DNA of 64,000 nt from Octopus sinensis. Taxonomy: Eukaryota. The DNA is taken from assembly GCF_006345805.1 (NCBI RefSeq), contig NC_043001.1:106330001-106394000 (forward strand), written 5' to 3'. Within the stretch, counting starts at the first letter, position 1, and every line of letters begins with the position of its first letter. This document shows positions 63,196 to 64,000 of the stretch, piece after piece. The notes under the pieces were generated by a model. The model did no database searches. It was given only the letters and a program-made list of their open reading frames with translations, and was not told where the DNA came from. The translations under genes were made by a program, and so were the position numbers.

Positions 63196-64000
63196 TGTAT
63201 GTATAATAAATAGTAATAAAATCCATGAGCGTTAGTGAAATTAGGAAAGTACCTCACTTAGTGACATAGAATATTTGGTTACAATTCTTTATATTGTCTC
63301 ATAACAAAACAACAACACTTCTTCTTTGGGGACCACTTGCTGCTAATACTCATGAAGTGAATTTTTAGAAAAAGCATAAGCGTCACTTACTACAGATGAA
63401 ATAATCGTGTACGTCCTTCCTGAAACCCACCGTAGACACGAGGCCACAATATATATATATGACACTATGACTAACTTATATATCAATTGCGGTATTATCG
63501 CAAGTTTAAAAAATATATTTCATCGTTAATCCTCATAGCATGATATTCACTACACATTTTTATAACATCTCCATTTATGTGGCAATAAAAAATACTTTAG
63601 TCGTCATGATATATTGCATATCAAGTCAAATTAATGCATATAGCTTTGCAGTAGGAAACAAGGAATTATTAATCACATTGCTCCGGATTCTTCTTTTATT
63701 CCTTACCTACCACCTTTCCTTTCATACACATCTTCCTGGTTAATCTTCATTTCATTTATATATTTTCTTTTATTCCTTCATTCGAACATGTTGTTTTGTT
63801 TTTATTTTTCCTTACTGTCTTCTTCATTTCCTCCATATTTGCTCTTTCGTTTCTTTATTTTTCCAGAAACTCATTTTTTTTTTTCAGATTCTACATATCT
63901 TATTGTCTTTTCATCCTTTAATTCCTCTCCCCCCACCAATACAACACTTCCTTTCCTCTCTTCTATCTTCCATTCGTTTATTCTTCTTTCTGTATTTACT

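Overview
This is AT-rich eukaryotic DNA packed with repeats. The tRNA-derived SINE families and microsatellite load resemble an Octopus (coleoid cephalopod) genome; that is an inference from pattern recall, not from a search. I found no confident host gene, rRNA, true tRNA or CRISPR array, and most listed ORFs are microsatellite artefacts. What the sequence supports: a young 5'-truncated L1/Tx1-clade retroelement with a compound (TATC)n tail, stacked in the tail of a relative; four R4/Dong-type (restriction-like endonuclease) LINE fragments; RTE, CR1 and Penelope fragments; six Tc1/mariner remnants; about 20 SINE copies of at least three families, several with clear target-site duplications (TSDs); three fold-back inverted repeats between 19.0 and 26.4 kb; and a 58-unit, phase-perfect 31-bp tandem array. 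The best candidate for an undescribed system is a modular SINE (called SINE-A here). It carries two interchangeable 3' tails, one matching the Tx1 3' end at 31/38 nt. It also forms one-head/two-body dimers with an identical GGTATT junction, and one dimer is enclosed by a single TSD. Whether any of this is already described needs a repeat-library search. Coordinates were read by eye; ends of degenerate elements are approximate (about 10-30 bp).
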